From NCBI GenBank assembly GCA_035400585.1, contig DAOMZR010000003.1, forward strand, positions 1 through 34,101: a stretch of DNA of 34,101 nt. Reading direction: 5' to 3'. Both the position numbers and the translations under genes were made by a program. The stretch comes from a bacterium (GTDB lineage Bacteria > Patescibacteriota > Patescibacteriia > Patescibacteriales > UBA12465). The notes beneath the pieces are model-generated. The model was not told where the DNA came from. It searched no databases and worked only from the letters and a program-made list of their open reading frames with translations. Positions 1 through 7,281 of the stretch are shown piece after piece (positions within the stretch are counted from its first letter, which is position 1; every line of letters starts with the position of its first letter).

Positions 1-95
1 CCCGTGCGCGGACATTTCTGTGTAAAATGACCCGAATGCCGAGCATTTCAGGGTTCGATTCCTAGATAGGTGCTAACACCTCTGTGGTAATAGAA
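1..95 (+). ncRNA. 3' end of an unidentified structured RNA gene cut by the window edge (tRNA-like T-loop motif; tmRNA-type or other ncRNA possible)
   Basis: Positions 1-60 are ~52% GC against ~30% for the window and carry no ORF. They contain GGTTCGATTCC (52-62, T-loop-like) and are followed by a strong intrinsic terminator at 122-156. T-stem pairing is imperfect (CAGGG/CCTAG) and no clean acceptor stem or CCA is visible, so identity is unresolved. Confidence 0.3.
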
Positions 96-121
96 AATTA
101 GCCAAATTAGCAGGTTTTTAG

Positions 122-156
122 CAAGGGCGCTCTTAATTAGAGTGCCCTTGTTTTGG
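122..156 (+). terminator. Rho-independent terminator
   Basis: 11-bp stem CAAGGGCGCTC (122-132) / GAGTGCCCTTG (140-150) with one G-T pair, 7-nt loop, then TTTT. Confidence 0.7.
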
Positions 157-211
157 TTTACAAATGGCTAAATTATTGGTAAAGTAAAGATAAGATTTTA
201 CTGGATAAAAT

Positions 212-3200
212 ATGAAATTTGAGCAAATAAAAAAGGAGAATAAAATTGAATATTGGGGAAAAATTGATAGAGAACTTGGCTTATCAGCGGAGCTTTTTAG
301 TCATTATTTTAAAAAAATCGGTCAAGATAAAAAAGTGGAGGATATTGTTCAGGAATGGTTGCAAGAATTGATGGATTGGCGATCAAATAATGAAACTAGT
401 CCAATTCAAAATCCGGAGAAAGATATTTCTGATTTAAAAGAATTATTAACTGCTAAAGCCGAAAATGATTTATTGAGTGAAAAAGCCACGGTTGACAGCT
501 GTTATTATAATCACTTGCTATTATTAAGCCTCGGCACTTCAGAAATTCAGAAAAACTCAGAATTGCAATATAAAAAAGAACAGGATGTAGACCATGAGGA
601 CATACTTGACGTTGCGGTTAATGATGGTCGAAAAGGGGCTTTTTATAAAGCGGCTAAAAATTATTTATCAAATAAAAATGAGTATAATAGAAATAAAGGT
701 GCTAATAAATACAATCTTGAAAAAAATGATCTTGATTCTGACACTCTGCTAGCTCTGAATAAACTTCAGGTTCTAGATAGTTTTTATAGAGATCGTGATT
801 ATTATAGTTTTAAGACTTTGCCGTCTTTTGTCGCCGATAAAATGATTGAAAATAAACAGCAGTCTGATTTATATTATTCCCAAATTTTTCCTAAATTTGA
901 ATCTTTTAGTAATTTAGTGGCTAAAGATATTTTTAATAATGGAGCCGATGATGTAATAGATAAATTTTTACATCATTTTGATCGTTTTTCAGAAACTAAG
1001 CCTCTTTGGGCTTTAGATAAAATTTTAAAGTGCTTTAATTTAGACACAAGAGAGGGTTTGATATTAGATTTTATTGATAAACATATTAAGAGTCCATCGG
1101 AATTAAAAAAGGCCTATGCGTTAATTATTTATTATGGAATAACAGTTGCAGATGATGAAATTAATAATAGTTTGTCAGAAGAAGATAAACAAGAATATCG
1201 AGATACTAGAGATAAGTTTATTACTGATATAACTCTGGTATTGGGTGATAATCATAATAATCGCAACCACGCAAACGTTAAAGATTTAGAAAAATTTTAT
1301 GAAATGGCTGAAAATGGTTATGCCCCAGTCCTTTTAGAAAGAACTGCGAATTATGACGTTGGTTTTGATAAAAAAATATTAATTGAGAAATTAAAGAAAA
1401 ATAGGCAAAGTTCTTATATTTTAAGAAGATATGACCTTAAAGAAGGGATTGCCACGGATAGTTTAATTGCAAATATTATAAATGAAGGCGATATGGATGT
1501 TTTGGCGGCAAAAATAAACAGGATAGATAATGTTGGAGAAGAAAATATTATTAAATTATGGGAAAATGGTTATGTGGGGGCTATCAAAAAAAATATAAAA
1601 AACTTTTCTCATTTATCCGATAAAGTTTTGCAATTATTTATTGATGCCGGCGAAGAATATATTATCTTCTCAAATTTTAACAGTTTTAAACCAAGCTTGG
1701 AGGCTCTAAAGGGCTTGATTGATAATTTTGGAGATAGATTTGCGAATAGCAGTATTGATTTAAAATATTTTGAAGATTGCGGTCTTTTCGATTATTTTTT
1801 AGAAAAAGTTAATAGTGCTAATTCTTTAAAGAAGTTGTTGGATAAAGGTTTTATCGGCCTAACAGCTGATAATAAAAATAAGTTTGTCGAAGCAATAAGC
1901 AGAACTGATGCTTTTGAAGATTTTTTAATTTATGCTATTAAAAATAATTATTTGTCAGATTTAGATTTCCAAATTTCCGGAGATTATCTTGATAAGTTTA
2001 TTGAAAGAAATACTGGTGAAAAGATTGTTTTATTTTTTTCAATTATAAAAAGTATTAAAAATAAACCCGAAGACTCTTTTTATATAAAAAATATAGATTT
2101 ATTTACTAACGATGATAATCGGGTTTTGACTTCTTTTTTTATTAAATTATCAAATGAAAATATTTTATCTCGTTCTCAAGAAGATTTAGATCTATGTTTC
2201 GCGGCCGATAAATATTTGGCCAATAGATTGATTGAGGCAGGTAATATTAATTTATTAATTGATAATTTGGAAAAATTTAAAAAATTAGATCAGGAAATAG
2301 CCTTAAAGTTAGTTGAGGCAAAAGCCGTTGACTCTTTAGTTAATAATATAGAAAAATTTGAGAATCTTAATCGGGATTTTGGCAATGAATTAATAAATTC
2401 GCTTCAAGAATTTTCTAAAATTGTAAAAATTAATGAATATTTTAATCCCCCCTTAGATAAATTGGTCGCTAAAACCTCGGAAATATTTGGAACTTTTGCT
2501 AGCGCTGATAATTACAATATGATTAAAGGTATTAGTGGCGATGATAAAGAAATTATAAAAAAATTAAAATTAAAAAAGGGTGGTAATGATGGTTTGAGGG
2601 AGCTACAAGAGAGATTTATTGAATTTAAAAAAGAGATTGTTTCAGAAAATTTCAACCCCGAAGTTTTATTGCCGGGGAATGATAATTCTTTGTATTTACC
2701 ATATTTTCAATCATACATAAGGTTGCAAGAGGCTAATTGGGGAACGAAGGATGACGAGAGTTTTAAAAGTATTATTGTTAATTATATTAACAATAAAAAC
2801 AATGGTGAAATAAAAGAGCTTAATCATAATTTCAAGCCCAGCCCAGAATTATTAATAGCTAAATCTGATATTGCAGGCAGAGAAAACCATCATTTTAATG
2901 AGCATTTTTTAAATAGATTTTCCGTGTTAGTTAACTCTATCAAAACAGCCAAAAACTTGTATCAAGAAAAATTCCCTCTTAGTGAGTTAGTAGAAAAAAT
3001 AGAGGCTAAGAGATTAGAATTAATTAAAGAATTAAAAGAGAAATCTAATAATATGCCCAATCCTATGGCCAGGGAGGGAATTAATCAAAAAATAAACTTA
3101 CTTGAATCTATTAATATAAGAGATTTGAAAGATTTTCAAAATAATTTTTCCATTTTAGCCAGGAATAACGAATTTAATGAATTATTAAGGCAAACAGTTT

Positions 3201-3952
3201 TTTTAACGAGCTTTGCTAAAAACAAGCAAAGTTTAAATTTCGACTTGGATAATATTGATTTAGATAAGCCAAATATTAGTGATATGTCTTGGGTTCTTGA
3301 TTTTATTGATCATATTACTAATCAAGAGACTATGTCCAAATATTTTACTGATAAGAAAGCGAAAAAAATGTTCAATGAAATAATTTCGGCTCAAGCTATT
3401 AGTGAAGAGATGGCTTTGTTGCAAGATGTCGGTGGTCAATCTAAGGATGTTTCTAGGATTCAATTAATTCCGACCAGGGGGGTATTAACTGAATTTTCTG
3501 GACATATAGCTGATGCTTGTTGGGCTTCAAAGTATAGTAGTATTTTGAAAGAATTTCCTAATTTTACCCCGGTTATTATTAGGCAAAATCCAGAAACAAA
3601 ATATGAGAGATTAGCCGGAGCTTTTATGTTGATTGAAACAAAATCAAAAAATGGAGAGCCGTTGTTGGTTGTCAGAGGTTTTAACCCAATAGAAAATTTA
3701 ATTAATTCATTATCGGTTAAAGACTTTTATGATAAGGTTATAGGGTATGTAAAAAGTTTGGCCGAAAAAGAAAATCGCAAAACGGCTATTGTAATCGATG
3801 ATCATTCAGGCGGTTCGGCAAGTAATAGGCCGGTACTTTTTAAATATCTAAGCGAGTTATCAAAAACCTTAGAGGCTGTTGATTTAAAGTCGGAGGATGA
3901 CACTAAGTTTAATGGATATAATATTGTTAGACAGACTTATTTAGTGGATTAA
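212..3952 (+). CDS. Large orphan protein (1246 aa), no signal peptide or TM segment evident; more conserved-looking C-terminal globular domain
   Basis: Uninterrupted 3.7-kb ORF in an AT-rich genome where random ORFs are short. N-terminal ~1050 aa are N/K/D/E/L-rich and helical-looking. The C-terminal ~170 aa (about 3440-3949) are less biased and contain ADACWAS (Cys codon 3518-3520) and DDHSGGSASN (His codon 3803-3805). Confidence 0.85.
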   Translation: MKFEQIKKENKIEYWGKIDRELGLSAELFSHYFKKIGQDKKVEDIVQEWLQELMDWRSNNETSPIQNPEKDISDLKELLTAKAENDLLSEKATVDSCYYNHLLLLSLGTSEIQKNSELQYKKEQDVDHEDILDVAVNDGRKGAFYKAAKNYLSNKNEYNRNKGANKYNLEKNDLDSDTLLALNKLQVLDSFYRDRDYYSFKTLPSFVADKMIENKQQSDLYYSQIFPKFESFSNLVAKDIFNNGADDVIDKFLHHFDRFSETKPLWALDKILKCFNLDTREGLILDFIDKHIKSPSELKKAYALIIYYGITVADDEINNSLSEEDKQEYRDTRDKFITDITLVLGDNHNNRNHANVKDLEKFYEMAENGYAPVLLERTANYDVGFDKKILIEKLKKNRQSSYILRRYDLKEGIATDSLIANIINEGDMDVLAAKINRIDNVGEENIIKLWENGYVGAIKKNIKNFSHLSDKVLQLFIDAGEEYIIFSNFNSFKPSLEALKGLIDNFGDRFANSSIDLKYFEDCGLFDYFLEKVNSANSLKKLLDKGFIGLTADNKNKFVEAISRTDAFEDFLIYAIKNNYLSDLDFQISGDYLDKFIERNTGEKIVLFFSIIKSIKNKPEDSFYIKNIDLFTNDDNRVLTSFFIKLSNENILSRSQEDLDLCFAADKYLANRLIEAGNINLLIDNLEKFKKLDQEIALKLVEAKAVDSLVNNIEKFENLNRDFGNELINSLQEFSKIVKINEYFNPPLDKLVAKTSEIFGTFASADNYNMIKGISGDDKEIIKKLKLKKGGNDGLRELQERFIEFKKEIVSENFNPEVLLPGNDNSLYLPYFQSYIRLQEANWGTKDDESFKSIIVNYINNKNNGEIKELNHNFKPSPELLIAKSDIAGRENHHFNEHFLNRFSVLVNSIKTAKNLYQEKFPLSELVEKIEAKRLELIKELKEKSNNMPNPMAREGINQKINLLESINIRDLKDFQNNFSILARNNEFNELLRQTVFLTSFAKNKQSLNFDLDNIDLDKPNISDMSWVLDFIDHITNQETMSKYFTDKKAKKMFNEIISAQAISEEMALLQDVGGQSKDVSRIQLIPTRGVLTEFSGHIADACWASKYSSILKEFPNFTPVIIRQNPETKYERLAGAFMLIETKSKNGEPLLVVRGFNPIENLINSLSVKDFYDKVIGYVKSLAEKENRKTAIVIDDHSGGSASNRPVLFKYLSELSKTLEAVDLKSEDDTKFNGYNIVRQTYLVD

Positions 3953-4022
3953 TTTACTAAATTAATCGATTTAATGATAACTTCAGTTCTAACATAGTCC
4001 ACGACCCCGTGCCAAGTAGTAA

Positions 4023-4055
4023 AACAGGCTCTAAAAGACCTGTTCTTCCTTTATT
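4023..4055 (+). terminator. Weak terminator-like hairpin after the 1246-aa gene
   Basis: AACAGG (4023-4028) / CCTGTT (4039-4044) with a 10-nt loop, followed by a T-rich tract (CTTCCTTTATTT). Short stem. Confidence 0.3.
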
Positions 4056-4101
4056 TATAGGTTTTTCCTTGGGTTCTATTATATCTTTACTGGGGTTATT
4101 A

Positions 4102-4130
4102 TTGACAAAAAAATAGTATTATGGTATAAT
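4102..4130 (+). promoter_or_regulatory. Consensus sigma70 promoter with extended -10
   Basis: TTGACA (4102-4107), exact 17-nt spacer, TGgTATAAT (4122-4130). It lies ~49 nt upstream of the ATG at 4179. Confidence 0.6.
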
Positions 4131-4178
4131 AAAGGGCACTGATAAATAAAATAAGTTGTAAATTAAAATATCATAACC

Positions 4179-4358
4179 ATGAAAAAAGCGTTTGTTGCAA
4201 TTTTCACAAATTTTTCAGGATCAACTGCCGAAGCAACGTTGATTAATTTTATTAATCGCAACAATCTTCAGCCAAATGATTATCATTTGATAACCTCAGA
4301 ACGAGAAAAAATTTATAATATCAAATGCATATATCATGCAGAGAAAGAACTGTATTAA
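4179..4358 (+). CDS. Small orphan protein (59 aa), not in the supplied ORF track
   Basis: ATG at 4179 to TAA at 4356-4358 encodes MKKAFVAIFTNFSGSTAEATLINFINRNNLQPNDYHLITSEREKIYNIKCIYHAEKELY. It is bracketed by its own consensus promoter (4102-4130) and terminator (4382-4407). Confidence 0.5.
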   Translation: MKKAFVAIFTNFSGSTAEATLINFINRNNLQPNDYHLITSEREKIYNIKCIYHAEKELY

Positions 4359-4381
4359 AAATTTTTAACAAAATTTAAAAA

Positions 4382-4407
4382 AGATCCAATCTTCGGGTCT
4401 TTTTTTA
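4382..4407 (+). terminator. Rho-independent terminator
   Basis: AGATCC (4382-4387) / GGGTCT (4395-4400) with one T-G pair, 7-nt loop, then a T7 run (4401-4407). Confidence 0.6.
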
Positions 4408-4414
4408 TTTTATA

Positions 4415-4423
4415 TGCTATAAT
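4415..4423 (+). promoter_or_regulatory. Extended -10 promoter element (TGcTATAAT), no good -35
   Basis: TGCTATAAT at 4415-4423, directly after the terminator and ~12 nt upstream of the ATG at 4435. Confidence 0.4.
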
Positions 4424-4537
4424 TATTTTGAAAAATGTTAAACAATAATTACGAAAAAATATAAAATTATAGTAAGTATTACTGGCAAAAACGCAAAAGA
4501 ATGTATTAACAAGATAAATGAAGCAATAAAATTTAAA

Positions 4538-5125
4538 TTGCCAGAAGTAGCTTTATTTTTAGAACGCCTTAAATTAAGTGATCGTCAACGAGTTTATGAT
4601 AGTCTTAAAAAATCCAACATTCGAAGTATTCCTTTAGTTCATTTACGTGCAGACATGACTCGAGATGAAGTTAAGATGTTATTTTTAAGATATAAAGTGA
4701 AGTGCTTTACTATTCACGAAGATCATTTTAAAATTATAAAAAACTGGCGAGGATTTTATAAAAAATTATATTTAGAAATGTCAACTGATGATTATGTAGC
4801 TCCCAATGTTAAAGTTGAAAAAATTGGTGGTTTTTGTGTTGACTTGGCTCACTATAGAAAACAAGCAATTCTTAATAATAACGATTATAAATACGTTTAT
4901 AAATATAGAAATAATAAAAGATTATTCATCTGTAATCATCTTAGTGGTTATGATCCAAAAGCTAATCAGGATATGCATTTGGTTCAATCAAAAAAAGACT
5001 TTTTGTATTTGAGGGATTTGCCCGATTTTATTTTTGGTAAATTAATAGCCTTTGAAATTGATAATTCAATAGAAGAGCAACTTAATTATAATGATTTCAT
5101 TAAATCTTTGATAGAGAAAAGATGA
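4538..5125 (+). CDS. Orphan protein; start uncertain (called start is TTG, frame open from 4442)
   Basis: 195-aa ORF ending in TGA at 5123-5125. The same frame is open for 32 more codons upstream (TIITKKYKIIVSITGKNAKECINKINEAIKFK), which reads like genuine protein. An ATG at 4435 is one frame away across an A6 run. Confidence 0.7.
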   Translation: MPEVALFLERLKLSDRQRVYDSLKKSNIRSIPLVHLRADMTRDEVKMLFLRYKVKCFTIHEDHFKIIKNWRGFYKKLYLEMSTDDYVAPNVKVEKIGGFCVDLAHYRKQAILNNNDYKYVYKYRNNKRLFICNHLSGYDPKANQDMHLVQSKKDFLYLRDLPDFIFGKLIAFEIDNSIEEQLNYNDFIKSLIEKR

Positions 5126-5201
5126 TAAACTGGTTTGTTTTGTTTATATCGGTGATTCGTGTTTTTTTAAAAGTTAATTAAAACTGACTCTTTTTTTATA
5201 A

Positions 5202-5230
5202 TTGACAAATCGAATCTTTTATGATAGGAT
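5202..5230 (+). promoter_or_regulatory. Sigma70-like promoter
   Basis: TTGACA (5202-5207), 17-nt spacer, TAGGAT (5225-5230); upstream of the ATG at 5293. Confidence 0.4.
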
Positions 5231-5292
5231 ACTTGAGTGATTTTAAATTTGTGAATGAACTTTAAAATAATAAAAATCTTAAAACTACAAGC

Positions 5293-5709
5293 ATGAATGA
5301 AGTTGTAAAACTTGAAAATTGTGGCTTAAAAACCAATGAAAATGAACTTGATGATCGTTTGGAAAAAATTGAAATTGGAAACAATTTGGGAGCGAGAGAA
5401 TCTACCTACAGATTTATGCATCAACAATTAAGAATTGTAATGTGTTTAGTTCCTTTTTTTGCAGCTTTTTTTATAACCATAATTCCTTTGTTTGGCCCAG
5501 CCATTATGGGAATAGCTGTTTATCGATTAAACGAAAGCAAACTAATAAAACAAACAAGAGAAATTTTCATTTCTTCGTTGCTCGGAGTGTTTGCTCATTG
5601 CTTACTTTTTTATCTTCCTGGTTGGCCAATTGAAGTTTTTACGGTAGTGTCGGTGTTGAATATTTTATTCTATGGTAGCGGTTTCTTTTGGAAAATAATT
5701 TTTAAATAA
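5293..5709 (+). CDS. Small integral membrane protein (138 aa), orphan
   Basis: Polar N-terminal ~45 aa followed by three to four hydrophobic segments (VMCLVPFFAAFFITIIPLFGPAIMGIAVY, ISSLLGVFAHCLLFYL, VFTVVSVLNILFYGSGFFW). Confidence 0.7.
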   Translation: MNEVVKLENCGLKTNENELDDRLEKIEIGNNLGARESTYRFMHQQLRIVMCLVPFFAAFFITIIPLFGPAIMGIAVYRLNESKLIKQTREIFISSLLGVFAHCLLFYLPGWPIEVFTVVSVLNILFYGSGFFWKIIFK

Positions 5710-5720
5710 AAAAATATACC

Positions 5721-6077
5721 ATGAAAGTTGTTTTAAAGGGAGCAAATAGAAATAAAGAAATCGAGAATTTCTTTATGGAAAACATTTTTCCGATTTTGGA
5801 TTTTGGTATAGCAATTGAACCGTCTGGTAACATTATTACTGTTTATAAAAAAAATGGTAATAAAGTTGAGGAGTTTATTGATCCAACCGCGGAAGTGGTA
5901 GTGGAGTTGTCGGGAGAAGTTATTAATCTAATAAAAGATAAAAATATTAGTGATGACTTACTTCGCGAAAAGGCTGGTAATTTTTTTGACGAAGCTTTGG
6001 CTATTAAAAAAATTGAAGAACTTAAACCTAATTTTTCAATTGAATATTATTCTTGTCGCTACACTCCGCCCGCTTAA
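5721..6077 (+). CDS. Orphan protein (118 aa)
   Basis: ORF starts 12 nt after the previous stop and ends just before a strong terminator. No recognisable motif. Confidence 0.65.
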   Translation: MKVVLKGANRNKEIENFFMENIFPILDFGIAIEPSGNIITVYKKNGNKVEEFIDPTAEVVVELSGEVINLIKDKNISDDLLREKAGNFFDEALAIKKIEELKPNFSIEYYSCRYTPPA

Positions 6078-6083
6078 ATAAAT

Positions 6084-6112
6084 AAGGGTTGTCATTTGAC
6101 AACCCTTTTATA
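6084..6112 (+). terminator. Rho-independent terminator
   Basis: Perfect inverted repeat AAGGGTTGTCA (6084-6094) / TGACAACCCTT (6097-6107) followed by TTTATATT. Confidence 0.75.
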
Positions 6113-6174
6113 TTAGATTTTATATAAAAAAAACAAAAATTCCTGTTTCTTTATTAATTTGCTATAATTTAATT

Positions 6175-6516
6175 ATGAAAGACTATGCTATTAAATTTTT
6201 GAACAAAATAGTTCAAGTGAAAATAGATAGACCGCTCGGATCTAAACACCCTAGGCATAATATTTATTATTCGCTTAATTATGGCTATGTTCCAGGAGTA
6301 TTGGCTCCAGATGGAGAAGAATTGGATGCTTATATTTTAGGAGTTTTTGAACCAATTGAAGAATTCATTGGAAAGTGTATAGCCATTGTTCATCGGCTCG
6401 ATGATGACGATGACAAATTGATAGTTGTTCCAAGTGAAAAAAACTATACTAAAGAACAAATTTATTCTTTAATTGAATTTCAAGAACGATTTTTTAAATC
6501 AAAAATTATTATATGA
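6175..6516 (+). CDS. Short inorganic pyrophosphatase-like protein (family I PPase core, 113 aa)
   Basis: Motifs match the family I PPase active-site region (NYGFIP, DGDPLDVLVL and an acidic cluster): DRPLGSKHP, NYGYVPGVLAPDGEELDAYILG and HRLDDDDDKLIVVP. It is shorter than the canonical ~175-aa enzyme. Confidence 0.6.
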   Translation: MKDYAIKFLNKIVQVKIDRPLGSKHPRHNIYYSLNYGYVPGVLAPDGEELDAYILGVFEPIEEFIGKCIAIVHRLDDDDDKLIVVPSEKNYTKEQIYSLIEFQERFFKSKIII

Positions 6517-7106
6517 AAATTGAATACGAAGCAACTTTTATAAACATTAACAAAGATGAAATCCGTAAAAAATTAAAAGAAATTGGAGCATCTTTGTCTA
6601 AGCCGGAATTTCTCCAAAGAAGAGAGGTTTTTGATCTGCCATCTGGCCATCAAAAAGAAGGCGCTTGGTTAAGAGTTAGGGATGAGGGAGATAAAAATAC
6701 TTTGAGTTTAAAAATAATCAACGGCGATAAAATTGAAGATCAAAAAGAAATTTCATTAATGATAAATGATTTTGAAGGAGCTTCAGAAATGTTAGCTCTT
6801 GTTGGTTGTAGAAGAAAGGCCTATCAGGAAAGCAAAAGAGAGCTTTGGATTTTAAATGATGTCGAAATCACTATTGATGAATGGCCATACTTAGAGCCGT
6901 ATGTTGAAATTGAGGGACAATCAGAGGAATCAGTTAAAAATGTGAGTCATAAAATGGGATTCGATTATTCTAAGGCTTTATTTTGTTCTGTCGATAAATT
7001 GTATGAGATGAAATATGGTGTTCCTCGAGAAATTATTTGTCATCAAATGCCCAAAATAACCTTTGATGATGAGAACCCTTTTTTGAAATTAAGTATTAAA
7101 AAATAA
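6513..7106 (+). CDS. CYTH-domain protein (triphosphate tunnel metalloenzyme / CyaB-like)
   Basis: N-terminal KIEYEATF (ExE of the ExExK motif, but the K position is Thr). Also WLRVRDEGDKNTLSLK and ITIDEWPYLEPYVEIEG, which fit the CYTH pattern. The start overlaps the upstream stop (ATGA at 6513-6516). Confidence 0.7.
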   Translation: MKIEYEATFININKDEIRKKLKEIGASLSKPEFLQRREVFDLPSGHQKEGAWLRVRDEGDKNTLSLKIINGDKIEDQKEISLMINDFEGASEMLALVGCRRKAYQESKRELWILNDVEITIDEWPYLEPYVEIEGQSEESVKNVSHKMGFDYSKALFCSVDKLYEMKYGVPREIICHQMPKITFDDENPFLKLSIKK

Positions 7107-7111
7107 TATTT

Positions 7112-7195
7112 ATGTTTCTTATCGGAGTTATTTTTTTCTTGATCTTGGTTGGCTTGTTTATATATTTAGGTATTTACGAAGATGGAAAAAAATAA
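7112..7195 (+). CDS. Possible 27-aa single-TM micropeptide (speculative)
   Basis: ATG at 7112 to TAA at 7193-7195 encodes MFLIGVIFFLILVGLFIYLGIYEDGKK, a hydrophobic helix with a charged tail. It starts 6 nt after the CYTH stop. No independent support. Confidence 0.25.
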   Translation: MFLIGVIFFLILVGLFIYLGIYEDGKK

Positions 7196-7228
7196 AAAAT
7201 AACCTTTATTTTTATGGTTTTTGACCAA

Positions 7229-7257
7229 TTGACAATTTAGTCAAAAGAATATATTAT
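7229..7257 (+). promoter_or_regulatory. Sigma70 promoter for the radical SAM gene
   Basis: TTGACA (7229-7234), 17-nt spacer, TATTAT (7252-7257); 25 nt upstream of the ATG at 7282. Confidence 0.5.
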
Positions 7258-7281
7258 AGCCAGAAGTACTTTGAAATTTAA

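Noticed and set aside
1-95. A canonical tRNA gene
   Set aside because: Only the T-loop motif is convincing. The T-stem has an A-A mismatch, the acceptor 3' strand implies a non-G 5' end, and no anticodon arm can be assigned within the truncated sequence.
5123-6516. Alternative genetic code (TGA recoding, as in some CPR lineages)
   Set aside because: TGA ends well-delimited genes (5123-5125 and 6514-6516, the latter in an ATGA start/stop overlap). Conserved proteins (PilB, PBP2, helicase, MiaB-MiaA) are full length under code 11 with no internal TGA.
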